A stretch of DNA of 39,316 nucleotides from a virus, in IMG/VR virus record IMGVR_UViG_3300006056_003026, one strand, 5' to 3'. Made by a program: the position numbers and the translations under genes. This document shows positions 9,024-16,876 of this stretch, in pieces (position 1 is the first letter of the stretch; the number at the start of each line of letters is the position of its first letter). The notes beneath the pieces are model-generated. The model saw only the letters and a list, made by a program, of their open reading frames with translations. It was not told the DNA's origin and made no database searches.

Positions 9024-9757
9024 TGTGTACCCTCATCGTGTGCCGCCAGGCTCACCCACGTTTCCCGCTCATCATCGTGAGCAACCGTGACGAGTTTTAT
9101 GCTCGTCCGAGCGCGCCGCCGGCGTTGGTGAAACACGGTGACCGGTCAATCGTCAGTCCTCGCGATCTGGAACGTGGCGGCACGTGGATGGGTGTAGCAT
9201 CTGGCGGTTGGTTCGTTGGTCTGACGAACCAAGACGATGGCATGCACCTTCAAGGTCGTGATAGTCGAGGAAAGGTTGTCGATGCTCTCCTGAAGATGAA
9301 TGACATCGACGAAGCGGAATGGTATGTCAACGCTTGCGTCGGTTCGAACTACAATCCATTCAACGTTGTCTTCGGCACATCTCATGACATGAGGATCGGC
9401 ATGGTTCATGGTGACTTCACCATGGTCGCTCCTATCAAGCAAAGCGTCACAGTCGTCGCAAATGATTGCACTTTCAATGCAGCATACGCTCACAGGCAGG
9501 CAGCTGCACAAAGCTCTGTGATGAGAGCGTTGCGACATGAAAAGCTTGTTCCGTCGTCGTTCAAACGCACGTTGTCACTGCACGTGAACCACGATGATCC
9601 GTACCAATCTGTGTGCGTACACGATCAGGAGAAAAAGTTCGGAACGGTGTCATCTTCTGTCGTTACCGTGAGTTCATCAGGTGACATATCGTATGCATAC
9701 GCAGATGGACCAGCGTGTCAGCTAAACAGGCAGAAATCAACGTTGAGGTTCAAGTGA
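9023..9757 (+). CDS. NRDE-family / TANGO2-like protein (N-terminal Cys, Ntn-hydrolase-like)
   Basis: Starts 'MCTLIVC...LIIVSNRDEFYARPS...GGTWMGV...GLTNQ', which matches the TANGO2/NRDE signature. TGATG overlap with the upstream gene. Confidence 0.8.
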   Translation: MCTLIVCRQAHPRFPLIIVSNRDEFYARPSAPPALVKHGDRSIVSPRDLERGGTWMGVASGGWFVGLTNQDDGMHLQGRDSRGKVVDALLKMNDIDEAEWYVNACVGSNYNPFNVVFGTSHDMRIGMVHGDFTMVAPIKQSVTVVANDCTFNAAYAHRQAAAQSSVMRALRHEKLVPSSFKRTLSLHVNHDDPYQSVCVHDQEKKFGTVSSSVVTVSSSGDISYAYADGPACQLNRQKSTLRFK

Positions 9758-9969
9758 GCGATGTGGTTGTGGGTACGTGTCAGGTAGCAGACGTTCAGGT
9801 GATCAGGACGATGTGCGGCACCATCACGTGCAAGCACTGCAACAACGTGCAGGATGCCGGCGCGTACCATCACGAACGTAACGATTACCCTCTCAAGAGC
9901 TGCGCGCTCAGGTGCTCGAGGTGTGGAAACCCGTGGCCTGAACCAAAACGCCCTGGATCGTGTGGCTGA
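9754..9969 (+). CDS. zinc-ribbon small protein
   Basis: GTG 9754 overlaps the upstream TGA. Contains 'CGTITCKHCNN...CALRCSRCG'. The ORF-track start at 9715 is a GTG inside the upstream gene. Confidence 0.4.
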   Translation: MSDVVVGTCQVADVQVIRTMCGTITCKHCNNVQDAGAYHHERNDYPLKSCALRCSRCGNPWPEPKRPGSCG

Positions 9970-10016
9970 AGATTAGGCACATGCAAATGGTTGAAAATCT
10001 ACAGTAGTACTAGCTC

Positions 10017-11342
10017 ATGGGTAAGCTTCGGACATCGAACTACTGGTTCAAATCCAAGAAGGGCATCGTCGTACCCGATACCGCTGACATCGTCAGGGGC
10101 ACGTTGTTCGAGGACATCAAGAACGTCTTCAACAACCACGAGGTGAAGAAGCTCGTGCGGATGACCAACGCTGTCAGCGAGGTTGCTGCTCCGTTCATCG
10201 AATCGCCCACCTTCATGAAGGGTGTCGTTGCTCTCACGAACATCGGAAAGATCCTGGTTGAGGACGTTGAGGTCTACTCGCACGGATTCTTCATGAGCGA
10301 CGAGTGGGTCGAGGTGTTCAGCAGGGAGTTCAACGGAACGTTGATGACCGTGCTGGGAAAACTGCCCTTCAAGAAGGTGGTGACGTCCGAAGAGAACACC
10401 ATCATCAAGGTCGTTGACCTGAACGGGTGTCAGGTTGGCTGGACGATCAACAGCAAGGTCAACTCCGTCGAGCACATCTACTTCCAGACCGACAAGGTTG
10501 ATGAAGCGAAGGTCGAGATCAAGCGCAGGTTGTGGGACATGTACGGTGGGAAGCCCATCGTGATGAAGAAGAACAGGACGATCGTTGCGTCCGCTGGTGG
10601 CACCGACGATCGAGTTCTGTTCGACGTTGACTCGGAGTTCATCACAGTTCCCTCCCTGATCGCGGATGCAAACATCAAGAAGCTCAAGCGAAGCCTCGAC
10701 GCTGGTGTCAACCGCAGCGTGATGCTCTTCGGATCGCCTGGTACTGGAAAGTCGACGATCGCAAGGACCATCGTGGCTGGTTTGGGACTGCGCTCGTTCA
10801 GGATCAGGGTCGAAGACGTCAGTTCGTTCGACAACTCGTCGATCGTCTCGGCTGTCGAGATCTTTCAACCTGAAGCTATCATCATCGATGATTTTGACAG
10901 GGTCGTCGGGCAAGCATCGCTGCTCGAGATGCTCACCTTCTTCCAGCAACACGTGAAGCTGGTGATCACCACCGTCAACGACAAGGAGAAGCTCGATGCC
11001 GCGATCCTCAGGCCCGAACGCATCGATGAGCTGATCCCGATCGAGGCGATGGACGAAGCGTCAGTTAGGATCATCCTCGGACAGTACGCTGACGAGTGCT
11101 TCGAGCAGGTAAAAGCGTGGCCCATCGTGTTCATCCAGGAGTACATGAAACGAAGGAAGTACATGGAACCCGATGAGATCGTTGCATCCATGAAGGAGCT
11201 CAGCGAACGAGTCGATCAGATCGGGAACAAGAAAGCGTACTCCGACAGCTGGTTGACGCTCACCGGTAAGGAACCCAAGAAAGCGCCCGTCGACGATGAT
11301 GACGATGATGACGAGGAGGACGAGGAAGAAGCCTGCCCGTGA
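10017..11342 (+). CDS. AAA+ ATPase (classic AAA clade) with an N-terminal domain of unknown function and an acidic C-terminal tail
   Basis: Walker A 'LFGSPGTGKST', Walker B 'AIIIDDFDR', sensor-1 'ITTVN', and second region of homology 'RPERIDE'. C-terminal 'DDDDDDDEEDEEE'. Confidence 0.85.
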   Translation: MGKLRTSNYWFKSKKGIVVPDTADIVRGTLFEDIKNVFNNHEVKKLVRMTNAVSEVAAPFIESPTFMKGVVALTNIGKILVEDVEVYSHGFFMSDEWVEVFSREFNGTLMTVLGKLPFKKVVTSEENTIIKVVDLNGCQVGWTINSKVNSVEHIYFQTDKVDEAKVEIKRRLWDMYGGKPIVMKKNRTIVASAGGTDDRVLFDVDSEFITVPSLIADANIKKLKRSLDAGVNRSVMLFGSPGTGKSTIARTIVAGLGLRSFRIRVEDVSSFDNSSIVSAVEIFQPEAIIIDDFDRVVGQASLLEMLTFFQQHVKLVITTVNDKEKLDAAILRPERIDELIPIEAMDEASVRIILGQYADECFEQVKAWPIVFIQEYMKRRKYMEPDEIVASMKELSERVDQIGNKKAYSDSWLTLTGKEPKKAPVDDDDDDDEEDEEEACP

Positions 11343-11387
11343 TGCATTCCTCTTGCCAACGGTTACTTACATTTGAGACCACGACGC

Positions 11388-11421
11388 CTTCACGTGAATG
11401 TCAACGGGCTGGCACGTGAAG
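11388..11421. promoter_or_regulatory. inverted repeat or paired palindromic boxes between the AAA+ and GroEL genes
   Basis: CTTCACGTG-(16 nt)-CACGTGAAG gives 9-bp arms. The left copy is the perfect palindrome TTCACGTGAA. Not CIRCE-like. Confidence 0.4.
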
Positions 11422-11715
11422 TACCTTCCCATGAAAGCGTCAATGGCCACCAGGAACATAGCAGAAGTGAAGGTCGAGCAGGGCACAACGACGGACTACG
11501 TTCTGCATACGTCGCAATCGTCGACCTTCAATGGAATCCAACACAAGGTGATCGATTTCGGCGAGCACAAGCTTGCGAAGTACATCACGACCGTGAAGGA
11601 TCCCCAGCAGAAGATGATGCTGATGGCGCTGCTGCAGGACTACATCGCTGGTAACGTTGCTATCGCTTGGAAGCGTGGTCGTCCGCTTCACATCAAGGTG
11701 ACCAAGAGCGGTTGA
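11398..11715 (+). CDS. hypothetical protein (not GroES-like)
   Basis: 105-aa ORF between the AAA+ and GroEL genes. An alternative start is ATG 11431. No GroES motifs. Confidence 0.45.
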   Translation: MSTGWHVKYLPMKASMATRNIAEVKVEQGTTTDYVLHTSQSSTFNGIQHKVIDFGEHKLAKYITTVKDPQQKMMLMALLQDYIAGNVAIAWKRGRPLHIKVTKSG

Positions 11716-11755
11716 CCTACGTGTACAGGGCTTGTTGGTGCTGTAGAATGCGGTG

Positions 11756-13399
11756 ATGAACTTTACCGATCAGGTCAACGCTCCTGCGACAACGAACGTC
11801 ATCTTTGCTGATGAGGCACGTAAGAGGCTGTACGCTGGCATCGAAATTGCTGCGAAGGCGGTTGGTTGCACTCTAGGTCCAAAGGGAAAGACCGTGCTGA
11901 TCCAGCAGAGCGGCATGGGTCCCGTCGTCACGAAGGATGGCGTGACGGTGTCGAGGTCGATCAAGCTAAAGGATCCCATCATGAGGATGGGCGCTGAGCT
12001 CGTCAGGGAGGCCGCGGCGAGGACGAACGATATCGCCGGCGACGGCACGACAACATCGACGATCCTCACGCACTCCCTCATCAAGGAAGGACTGAAGCTC
12101 CTCGGTGCTGGTTGGGATGCGAAGGACGTGTGCACCAGCTTTGAGAAGTGCGCTCGGGAGATCGATGTCAGGCTTGTTGCATCGGCGAAGAAGCTCGAGA
12201 CCAAGGAGGAGATCGCGCAGGTCGGCACCATCAGCGCGAACGGCGACACCGAGATCGGCGACCTGATCGCAGCCGCGATGGAGAAGGTCGGCAAGGATGG
12301 CATCATCACCGTCGAGGACGCAAAGGGGATGACAACCAGCCTCGGTATCGCGGAGGGCATGATGTTCGATCGTGGGTACCTTTCGCCATTCTTCGTCACC
12401 GACAACGATAAGATGCACGCCCTCTACAACGATGCGTTCGTCCTTGTCACCGACAAGAAGATCAGCAACCTCAACGATATCGTTCCGATCCTTGAACGTG
12501 TGCTCAAGGCTCAGGCGCCGCTGCTCATCATCGCTGAGGATATTGATGGTGCTGCTTTGAACGGGCTCGTGCTGAACCGCGTGAAAGCGAACCTTCCCGT
12601 TGTCGCGATCAAGGCACCCGGTTATGGGCAGCACAGGGACGAGCTTCTCAAGGACATCTGCACCCTCACGGGAGCAAACCTGATCTCCAACTCGACAGGC
12701 ATCACGCTCGAGCAAGCGCCGCTCAGCGCTCTTGGCAAGGTCAAGCGTGTCATCGTCGATGCAAAGACGACAACGTTGGTCGGCACCGGCGAGAACAAGG
12801 CTGGGATCGATTCACACGTTGCATCGTTGAGATCACAGCTGTTGGACGTCACGCTCTCCGAGGAACAGATCGTCAAGCTTCGAACAAGAATTGCCAAGCT
12901 AGCGTCCGGCGTCGCTGTCATCAAGGTCGGCGGGTTGACTGAGGTCGAGATGATCGAGCGCAAGTACCGTATCGAGGACGCGCTCAACGCAACTCGAGCT
13001 GCGGCCGAGGAGGGTATCGTTCCGGGCGGTGGGATGGCCCTCTTCAATGCCGTTAGCAGGCTTCAGAAGGAGCTAAAGGACGCTGAGCTGGTGATTGACG
13101 TGGGCACCCAGGCGGTCTTCAACGCCTGTAACGAACCACTTCGAAGGATCGCAACGAACGCAGGCGTTTCTGCAGATGTTGTCATCGAACGACTGAAGAT
13201 CGAGCATGCTGTTGGAACCGATATCGGGTACAACGCTGCCACCGGGGAATACGTTGATCTGATCGCTGCTGGCGTGATCGATCCAACCAAGGTAACGCGT
13301 GTCGCGCTGAAGCATGCTACGTCTGTTGCAATCACGTTTCTAACGCTTGATGCGGTCATCTACGAGGACGAAAATGGTAGTAGCGGCAAGGAAGAATGA
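11756..13399 (+). CDS. groEL: chaperonin GroEL / Cpn60
   Basis: Collinear with GroEL: 'TLGPKGKTVLI', 'VTKDGVTV', 'AGDGTTTSTIL', 'VPGGGMAL'. No C-terminal GGM repeat. The ORF-track first codon at 11753 is a GTG. The ATG is at 11756. Confidence 0.9.
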   Translation: MNFTDQVNAPATTNVIFADEARKRLYAGIEIAAKAVGCTLGPKGKTVLIQQSGMGPVVTKDGVTVSRSIKLKDPIMRMGAELVREAAARTNDIAGDGTTTSTILTHSLIKEGLKLLGAGWDAKDVCTSFEKCAREIDVRLVASAKKLETKEEIAQVGTISANGDTEIGDLIAAAMEKVGKDGIITVEDAKGMTTSLGIAEGMMFDRGYLSPFFVTDNDKMHALYNDAFVLVTDKKISNLNDIVPILERVLKAQAPLLIIAEDIDGAALNGLVLNRVKANLPVVAIKAPGYGQHRDELLKDICTLTGANLISNSTGITLEQAPLSALGKVKRVIVDAKTTTLVGTGENKAGIDSHVASLRSQLLDVTLSEEQIVKLRTRIAKLASGVAVIKVGGLTEVEMIERKYRIEDALNATRAAAEEGIVPGGGMALFNAVSRLQKELKDAELVIDVGTQAVFNACNEPLRRIATNAGVSADVVIERLKIEHAVGTDIGYNAATGEYVDLIAAGVIDPTKVTRVALKHATSVAITFLTLDAVIYEDENGSSGKEE

Positions 13400-13754
13400 C
13401 AGTTACAGCGACATTCCGCTCGATGATATCGACAAGATCGACTGGACATCGGTGCCTTCGCCGGTGTTGGAGAGCTTCGCCGGTGCGTTGAGCGATGTCA
13501 ACACCTCCATCGAAAGGAGCAAGAAAACACGTGAGAGCATCTCCTTCAGGATCATCATGCTCTGCATCTCGTTGTTCTTCACGCTAGCGTTCGGCGTATA
13601 CGCTGGACCTTGGGCGGCTCTCGCTGCGATCAACCTGACGTTGTTAGCTGGAACGATCGTTGCCATGTGGCAGCACCGTACCGACAGGAACGTTGTCACC
13701 GATTCGCACAAGAAGCTTCGAACCGTGATCGATACGTTGAAGACAGGAGCCTGA
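13374..13754 (+). CDS. small membrane protein (2 predicted TM helices)
   Basis: Hydrophobic stretches 'IIMLCISLFFTLAFGVYAGPWAALAAINLTLLAGTIVAMW'. Overlaps the GroEL 3' end. Start uncertain. Confidence 0.45.
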   Translation: MVVAARKNDSYSDIPLDDIDKIDWTSVPSPVLESFAGALSDVNTSIERSKKTRESISFRIIMLCISLFFTLAFGVYAGPWAALAAINLTLLAGTIVAMWQHRTDRNVVTDSHKKLRTVIDTLKTGA

Positions 13755-13757
13755 AGC

Positions 13758-13970
13758 TTGCACTCCCTGAGCCCAGGAGACAGGGTGATCACTACAGGAA
13801 AGGGCGCGACTTCGAAATGGATCGTGCCTAGGCACGGAACGATCATCAGCGCGCCTCCTGGGAACCAGTCGACGATCGTGGGTCACAACGTCATATACGT
13901 CATGTTCGATGATGATCAAGGTCGCATCGATGGACCGTTCCTCGCGGGCGAGGTCGTCGCAGAGCTATGA
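13758..13970 (+). CDS. PGD-motif small beta-barrel family paralog (KOW/SH3-like pattern)
   Basis: 'LSPGDRVITTGKGATSKWIV...GTIISA'. 70 aa. ATGA overlap with the next gene. Confidence 0.5.
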   Translation: MHSLSPGDRVITTGKGATSKWIVPRHGTIISAPPGNQSTIVGHNVIYVMFDDDQGRIDGPFLAGEVVAEL

Positions 13971-14260
13971 ACAACGACTGGATCAAGCCTGGCAAGCTTG
14001 TCAGGTTCGCTATGTTCAAGCGCAACAGGATCGACGATGACGGCAGCTACTTCGTTGGTGGCAACTCCGACATCATGGGAAGGAAGAACGACATTGCGAT
14101 CGTCCTCGCTCGGCTTAAACAGGAGAGAAATGAACCAAACGTGATGATCATCCACAACGGCATGCTGTTCGATGTCTACGAATCGGACATCGAACAAGCG
14201 CCATTGTTCGTCATCCCACCCGTACCAAGAAGCAGGTACAGGATCATGGACGAGGATTGA
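13967..14260 (+). CDS. PGD-motif family paralog (divergent)
   Basis: 'IKPGKLVRFAMF...DIAIVLA'. 97 aa. Confidence 0.45.
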   Translation: MNNDWIKPGKLVRFAMFKRNRIDDDGSYFVGGNSDIMGRKNDIAIVLARLKQERNEPNVMIIHNGMLFDVYESDIEQAPLFVIPPVPRSRYRIMDED

Positions 14261-14495
14261 CGACGGTCCAGTGACGAGCCTCGCTGCCCTGCCAGCACAT
14301 GACCGTGAGGATGCGTCCGTTGTGAAGCAGGTCGAGCTCAACGAACATCTCGATATCCCTTCTAGCGATGATGAAAGCAACCTGTCCAGGAAACATGCAG
14401 TCTAGCGCATGAGGAGGAATCGGATACTTCAACAGAGTTTTTACAGCTATCACCACATCGCCTGGCGCTGCTCTGGTGAATGGCTCTGTCTTCAT
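14244..14495 (-). CDS. PGD-motif family paralog
   Basis: 'AAPGDVVIAVKT...GRILTVMCW'. The start is trimmed to the ATG at 14495, which abuts the upstream stop. The ORF track extends it to 14519. Confidence 0.45.
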   Translation of the reverse strand: MKTEPFTRAAPGDVVIAVKTLLKYPIPPHALDCMFPGQVAFIIARRDIEMFVELDLLHNGRILTVMCWQGSEARHWTVVNPRP

Positions 14496-14713
14496 CGCTT
14501 CATGCGTACCTTGATCCAACGATCGTAGAACCTGAAACTGTTTTTGAGTCGTTCCGTAACGACCTCCTCATGTGTCAGGACGGTCGAGCACAGGTGACCA
14601 TCGTCGTTGTACGAGCAGATGATCATACCGATCGTCCTCGTCGCACGCTTCCTAAGGATCGTTCCGGGTGGAAGATCGTGCAGGTGCTCGTTGAGCTGAC
14701 GATCGGTCTCCAT
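14492..14713 (-). CDS. PGD/PGT-motif family paralog
   Basis: 'LPPGTILRKRATRTIGMIICSY...VLTHEEVV', which resembles the A-type C-terminus 'ILTHDGRI'. Confidence 0.45.
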   Translation of the reverse strand: METDRQLNEHLHDLPPGTILRKRATRTIGMIICSYNDDGHLCSTVLTHEEVVTERLKNSFRFYDRWIKVRMKR

Positions 14714-14717
14714 CAGT

Positions 14718-15215
14718 TCACCTGACGCTGAACGTGCTCAGGACCTTGTCGCATCCCTTCGTGACATCTGACATCACGACATCGCTCTTGTAGCTGCAGC
14801 TGAGCACGTACCCGAGCTTTCCAACGCCAACGACGTGATGAACCATGATCACGGCCTCAGACTGCAGAACCAACCGCGCCCCTTGCTGACCCGCTACGAT
14901 GAACGGTTTGGCATCGTGCACGGTGATCTCGTCGTTCTCGACGGCTTCCATCGTGAAAGCCTCACCAAACTTCTCAGGCTTGATGTCGTCAAGTGGCATC
15001 GTGGTGACGAGCACGAACTTCTCACCTGCAGGATCCGACATCGCGAGGCCATGCTCGCGTCGTTCGATGCTCCAGTCCTTGGGAACGCTCAATGACCACT
15101 GCGTCAATCCATCATCAGCCTCGACGCTGGGCTCGGGCGTGCTCGGCTCGACTGATTGTGAACCGCATGCTGACAACGAAAGTGCCAACATCGCTGCAAC
15201 GATAAACTTCTTCAT
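14718..15215 (-). CDS. lipoprotein (signal peptide plus lipobox)
   Basis: 'MKKFIVAAMLALSLSACGS' has the lipobox L-S-A-C. The ORF track extends 5 codons upstream (MYDCC) to 15230. Confidence 0.6.
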   Translation of the reverse strand: MKKFIVAAMLALSLSACGSQSVEPSTPEPSVEADDGLTQWSLSVPKDWSIERREHGLAMSDPAGEKFVLVTTMPLDDIKPEKFGEAFTMEAVENDEITVHDAKPFIVAGQQGARLVLQSEAVIMVHHVVGVGKLGYVLSCSYKSDVVMSDVTKGCDKVLSTFSVR

Positions 15216-15247
15216 GCAGCAATCGTACACCCGAGTACGGCTGTTTG

Positions 15248-15523
15248 TCAGCCTATGTCAGCAATGTCGATACCCGCTTGCCTGACGTGTGCTGTCACTG
15301 AGTACGAGCAATCAGGACAACGAAATGTCGTCCAGAACCCATGATCACCAACGTGCTTCGATGCCTCAGGATGCTCGGAATCGCACCTAGGACAGTGACC
15401 CTTCTCTATGTCTCGTAGCATGCATGCTGCATCGCATGATGACCTTCGATCCTTTTGAAGCAGCGATCCCAAGAAAACGCCCAGAAGAATTATGCCCCCG
15501 ATAAGGGACGTGATTATGCTCAT
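15248..15523 (-). CDS. membrane-anchored zinc-finger protein
   Basis: N-terminal TM helix 'IITSLIGGIILLGVFLGSLL', then 'HCPRCDSEH...FRCPDCSY'. Confidence 0.45.
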   Translation of the reverse strand: MSIITSLIGGIILLGVFLGSLLQKDRRSSCDAACMLRDIEKGHCPRCDSEHPEASKHVGDHGFWTTFRCPDCSYSVTAHVRQAGIDIADIG

Positions 15524-15842
15524 CTGTGTTGCTTGTTATGTTCATCCGGGGTGAGAGCAACGTGCCCTACCCACTTTTCATCAACGATCATTACGTATCG
15601 GCGTCGAAGATAAACTTCGATGTAACGTTGAAAACTATACACAGTTCACACCGGTATTACAAGCTAGCTCCATACCTATCGCATGAAGGTGAGACTACGA
15701 AAGCTGAGAGCTTTCATCGCTGAGGAGGTCTGGAGGGCGGTCGAACGCTCTGCTGGGACAATCGGCGGAGGAGGCACCGGCTCGTCGAAGCACAGGTTGC
15801 CCGGACCTCCTGGGTTGGGTGATGGAGAAAAAGACATAGACG
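15524..15842. promoter_or_regulatory. AT-richer divergent intergenic region (candidate promoters for the lipoprotein operon on the minus strand and infA on the plus strand)
   Basis: About 320 bp without a convincing ORF. Locally AT-rich around 15590-15700. Sits between divergently oriented genes. Confidence 0.4.
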
Positions 15843-16106
15843 ATGACTACGAAGAACAGGAACCAGGACAGATTGCAGCAAGGGTCGCAAAACGAGCGGG
15901 AGGATCGGCTGACGTTTGAGGGCGTCGTCGAGGAAGTTTTGCCCAGCACCCTGTTCAGGGTGAAGTGCGAGAACTTCACACCCTTGTGCACGCTGGCCGG
16001 GAAGCTACGTGTCAACAGGATCAGGATCCTCGCAGGTGACAAGGTCACCGTTGAGGTTTCGCCCTACGACGTATCACGTGGACGTATCGTCTGGCGAGGC
16101 AGATGA
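15843..16106 (+). CDS. infA: translation initiation factor IF-1 (S1-like OB fold) with a 15-aa N-terminal extension
   Basis: 'GVVEEVLPSTLFRVKCENF...GKLRVNRIRILAGDKVTVEVSPYDVSRGRIVWR' is near-collinear with bacterial IF-1 ('GDKVTVELTPYDLSKGRIV'). Confidence 0.85.
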   Translation: MTTKNRNQDRLQQGSQNEREDRLTFEGVVEEVLPSTLFRVKCENFTPLCTLAGKLRVNRIRILAGDKVTVEVSPYDVSRGRIVWRGR

Positions 16107-16333
16107 GCAAGAAGTTTTATCCCAGAGGGATCAAGCTGTGCAGCTCATGCAAGCGTGATGATGCATTCGTTCGTGTCGACAAGTACGACGCAGTTGCATG
16201 CAGAACATGCAGGATCTGGCTTGAGACTGGGTGTCCTGATCCAAAGTGCGAGTTCTGTGCCAAACGACCAGCGCGTCCAGACCCCAACGACTGGAACAAC
16301 AAGAACAACACATTCTACGGTCGACCTACTTAA
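16103..16333 (+). CDS. zinc-ribbon small protein
   Basis: ATGA overlap with infA. Contains 'CSSCKRD...CRTCRIW...CPDPKCEFC'. Confidence 0.5.
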   Translation: MSKKFYPRGIKLCSSCKRDDAFVRVDKYDAVACRTCRIWLETGCPDPKCEFCAKRPARPDPNDWNNKNNTFYGRPT

Positions 16334-16337
16334 GAGC

Positions 16338-16532
16338 ATGGCAAAGTACGTCGGTGCTTCATTCTCGTTGCTGTTGGTTATCCTCAGCATCGCTATCATC
16401 GTCTGGTCCTGCACCGTCCCCACGTTCGTCGGCGCAGCCTGTGGTGCAGCGATGATCGTGCTGTCCGGCATCATGGTCGTTCGTGATTGGGAGACGACCT
16501 GGTCACCGCTCCTCAAGGGGAAGAACAAGTGA
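16338..16532 (+). CDS. small membrane protein
   Basis: ATG at 16338 lies 5 nt after the upstream stop. 'MAKYVGASFSLLLVILSIAIIVW...GAACGAAMIVLSGIMVV' gives 2 TM helices. Confidence 0.45.
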   Translation: MAKYVGASFSLLLVILSIAIIVWSCTVPTFVGAACGAAMIVLSGIMVVRDWETTWSPLLKGKNK

Positions 16533-16870
16533 AGATCACGTTCGGACGTTTGAAGAGGCTGATCGCTGAAGCTTCGATCGACGACAATGCTGACGTCGCG
16601 CCGGGCAAGTACTACCTTATCAAGGGTGATTGGGATCGCGAGGTGGTGTGCAGGTTGGACGACGTGATCACGTCAAAGGACGGCACGGGCATGAAGACAG
16701 CACACTTCAAGGTCAGGGCTGACGGAGACACACGTCAGAGGTTCGACGTGTGGTCTGACAAGGTCATCAGAGAAGCGACCCCCGAGGAAGCAGCAGCAAC
16801 CGAGGAGAGGTGGGCCGCCGAGAACGATCACATATCACGGACGATCGATACCTCACGCGAAGGAACCTGA
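16529..16870 (+). CDS. hypothetical protein
   Basis: GTG 16529 overlaps the upstream TGA (VKITFGRLKRL...). The ORF track offers a longer alternative from 16487. Confidence 0.4.
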   Translation: MKITFGRLKRLIAEASIDDNADVAPGKYYLIKGDWDREVVCRLDDVITSKDGTGMKTAHFKVRADGDTRQRFDVWSDKVIREATPEEAAATEERWAAENDHISRTIDTSREGT

Positions 16871-16876
16871 AGCAGA

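Noticed and set aside
9999-10952. 317-aa minus-strand ORF
   Set aside because: Antisense to the well-supported AAA+ ATPase. D/R/E-rich, low complexity.
11343-11755. CIRCE/HAIR heat-shock operator upstream of groEL
   Set aside because: Searched by eye for TTAGCACTC-N9-GAGTGCTAA and CTTGAGT-N7-ACTCAAG. Neither is present. Only the CACGTGAA palindromes were found.
11770-12715. 211-aa and 249-aa minus-strand ORFs, plus 12622..13047 and 13063..13359
   Set aside because: Antisense to GroEL, whose identity is unambiguous.
14480-14725. 81-aa plus-strand ORF
   Set aside because: The overlapping minus-strand ORF 14492..14713 carries the family PGT motif and fits the minus-strand operon.
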